Source: Rhodocyclaceae bacterium (GTDB lineage Bacteria; Pseudomonadota; Gammaproteobacteria; Burkholderiales; Rhodocyclaceae). From it: a DNA stretch of 64,000 nt. Below, piece by piece: positions 62,946 through 64,000 of this stretch; the first letter of the stretch is position 1; every line of letters begins with the position of its first letter. A program made the translations under genes and the position numbers. The notes beneath the pieces were generated by a model that ran no database searches, was not told the origin of the DNA, and worked only from the letters and a program-made list of their open reading frames with translations. Location of the stretch: positions 270-64,269 of the forward strand of contig DAIDAU010000514.1 of assembly GCA_027310465.1 (NCBI GenBank). The letters run 5' to 3'.

Positions 62946-63127
62946 CACACAAGCTCCTTCTCGACGGCAAGCCAGCGAGGCATCGTCCACGTTCCATCGC
63001 CGTTGCGCTCGACGATGTTTTTCGGCACCCACACGGCCCGCTTGCCGTCGAAGATCTTGTAGGCGCGCTCGGTTTCCATGCGCAGCTCGGCCTCGATATC
63101 GACGAGCTTGGATTCAACGGTCGGCAT
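62945..63127 (-). CDS. hypothetical protein (60 aa)
   Basis: GGGAGCCTGCCC-ATG at 63127; MPTVESKLVDIEAELRMETERAYKIFDGKRAVWVPK... Confidence 0.6.
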   Translation of the reverse strand: MPTVESKLVDIEAELRMETERAYKIFDGKRAVWVPKNIVERNGDGTWTMPRWLAVEKELV

Positions 63128-63308
63128 GGGCAGGCTCCCTAAATTGCAGACCTTCGGCGCGCGCCCATTCACGCCCCTCGGACGCGGCGCCTTCTGCGGT
63201 CTCGAACGAGCTGATCCCGACGACATCCGGGATGCCGTCGCGGCCAATGAGGACGGCAAACCAGCCGCGGATGCCGCTGGTGACGGTGATGAACGGCGCG
63301 GAGGTCAT
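63114..63308 (-). CDS. hypothetical protein (64 aa)
   Basis: AAGGAGGTAGCTACGTC-ATG at 63308; MTSAPFITVTSGIRGWFAVLIGRDG... Confidence 0.6.
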   Translation of the reverse strand: MTSAPFITVTSGIRGWFAVLIGRDGIPDVVGISSFETAEGAASEGREWARAEGLQFREPAHADR

Positions 63309-63703
63309 GACGTAGCTACCTCCTTCTTGCCGAAGGTGGTGAGCGGCCGGATCACCTCGGCACGCTCCTTGTGCCACTGCGCCTCGGCGTACTCTTCCTT
63401 GCCGGCCGCCTCGTACTGGCGGTCGTTGTGCCAGCTCCAGAGTGCATCCCACTCGCCGGCGATCAGTCCGATCGGAGGTTTGTAGTCTGGATGATGGACG
63501 CAGCCCGCATTGTGGATGACGGCGCCACAACCGCTCGCATCGCACATGATGCAGCGATATTCCTCTGCGCCGCCGGCCGACAGCTCGGCAGAGCGACCAG
63601 TCCTAACCACCAACTTGTCAGGATCGATACTGATCGTCTCCGGCTTCCTACAGCCAGGGCGACCGCACCATGGCGTTCTCATAACAGGCGTGCATTTGCA
63701 CAT
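63305..63703 (-). CDS. Cys-rich hypothetical protein (132 aa)
   Basis: AAGGAGACCACCG-ATG at 63703; MCKCTPVMRTPWCGRPGCRKPE...CIMCDASGCG. Confidence 0.7.
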   Translation of the reverse strand: MCKCTPVMRTPWCGRPGCRKPETISIDPDKLVVRTGRSAELSAGGAEEYRCIMCDASGCGAVIHNAGCVHHPDYKPPIGLIAGEWDALWSWHNDRQYEAAGKEEYAEAQWHKERAEVIRPLTTFGKKEVATS

Positions 63704-63977
63704 CGGTGGTCTCCTTGGTGTGGGCTTCCAGCTGCGACCGGAAGGAGGGGTGGGCGACGATTTTGTCCTCGATCCGCCAGATCGTCGGGACGCGGCGAAA
63801 CTCGCCGCCGTGGCGCTTGATCAGCTTCTTGCGGACGCGCTTCGAGCGGTTCTTGCTGTCCGGGAACAACCGCTCCTCGGTGTCCTTGAGCGCATGGGTT
63901 GAATAGGTGATGGTCAGGCGCGGCGGAGGTGGCGGGTTGAACTCACGGATCGCCTGCCGCATCTTCTCGATGGTCAT
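63648..63977 (-). CDS. hypothetical protein (109 aa)
   Basis: MTIEKMRQAIREFNPPPPPRLTITYSTHALK...; 3' end overlaps the next gene by 56 nt and contains its RBS; TAG stop. Confidence 0.6.
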   Translation of the reverse strand: MTIEKMRQAIREFNPPPPPRLTITYSTHALKDTEERLFPDSKNRSKRVRKKLIKRHGGEFRRVPTIWRIEDKIVAHPSFRSQLEAHTKETTDVQMHACYENAMVRSPWL

Positions 63978-64000
63978 CGCGCCATCGCTGGCGTTCGAGA

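Noticed and set aside
63648-64000. Joining the window ends as a circle: the gene starting at 85 would continue in frame through 64000 into the 63977 ORF
   Set aside because: The frames do match and no stop intervenes, but that is a one-in-three coincidence in stop-poor DNA. The window is an arbitrary 64000-nt slice, and an ATGA-type overlap at 63974-63977 suggests a different upstream gene ends there.

Overview
The whole 64-kb window reads as one high-G+C contractile-tailed phage genome or prophage segment. I see no clear host housekeeping gene, integrase, repressor or replication enzyme, and both window edges lie inside phage-type operons, so the element is larger than the window. Layout: (1) 1-4526 is a leftward operon of about 20 tightly coupled small early genes with a stereotyped translation-initiation region (AAGGAGACCACC-ATG), punctuated by six hairpins that share one loop sequence. 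(2) 4578-5665 is a 1.1-kb non-coding, repeat-dense control or origin-like region. (3) 5666-19581 holds rightward early/middle genes: an iteron-flanked ORF, an HNH endonuclease, a winged-helix regulator, many small membrane proteins, tRNA-Asn, a YkgJ-type Cys-cluster protein, a PAPS-reductase-like protein, a nucleoside 2-deoxyribosyltransferase-like protein, and a GH5 glycosidase broken by an amber codon. (4) 19669-38206 is the packaging and head module: TerS, TerL, a trypsin-like protease, a disrupted virion esterase, the portal, three paralogous fibre-like genes, a 1051-aa Nudix/2H/protease/scaffold fusion, the major capsid and neck proteins. (5) 38272-57850 is the tail module: sheath, tube, frameshifted chaperone, transglycosylase-amidase, tape measure, baseplate D/V/W/J-like genes and fibres, with four free-standing nuclease genes wedged in. 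(6) 58193-60122 is the lysis cassette. (7) 60144-62088 is a terminator-bounded accessory unit (metallophosphatase-like, SprT-like). (8) 62009-64000 is a second leftward small-gene operon. Most notable observations: a 242-bp chimeric patch built from exact copies of a terminase fragment and an inverted protease fragment that splits a virion esterase gene; in-frame TAG codons in otherwise intact genes; the constant-loop/covarying-stem hairpin family; ATGTCAC/GGGACAT iteron arrays bracketing one ORF; the polyvalent head protein; and the swarm of homing-endonuclease-like genes. All functional calls come from motif recognition by eye, with no database search. Many long antisense ORFs in the track are GC-bias artefacts.
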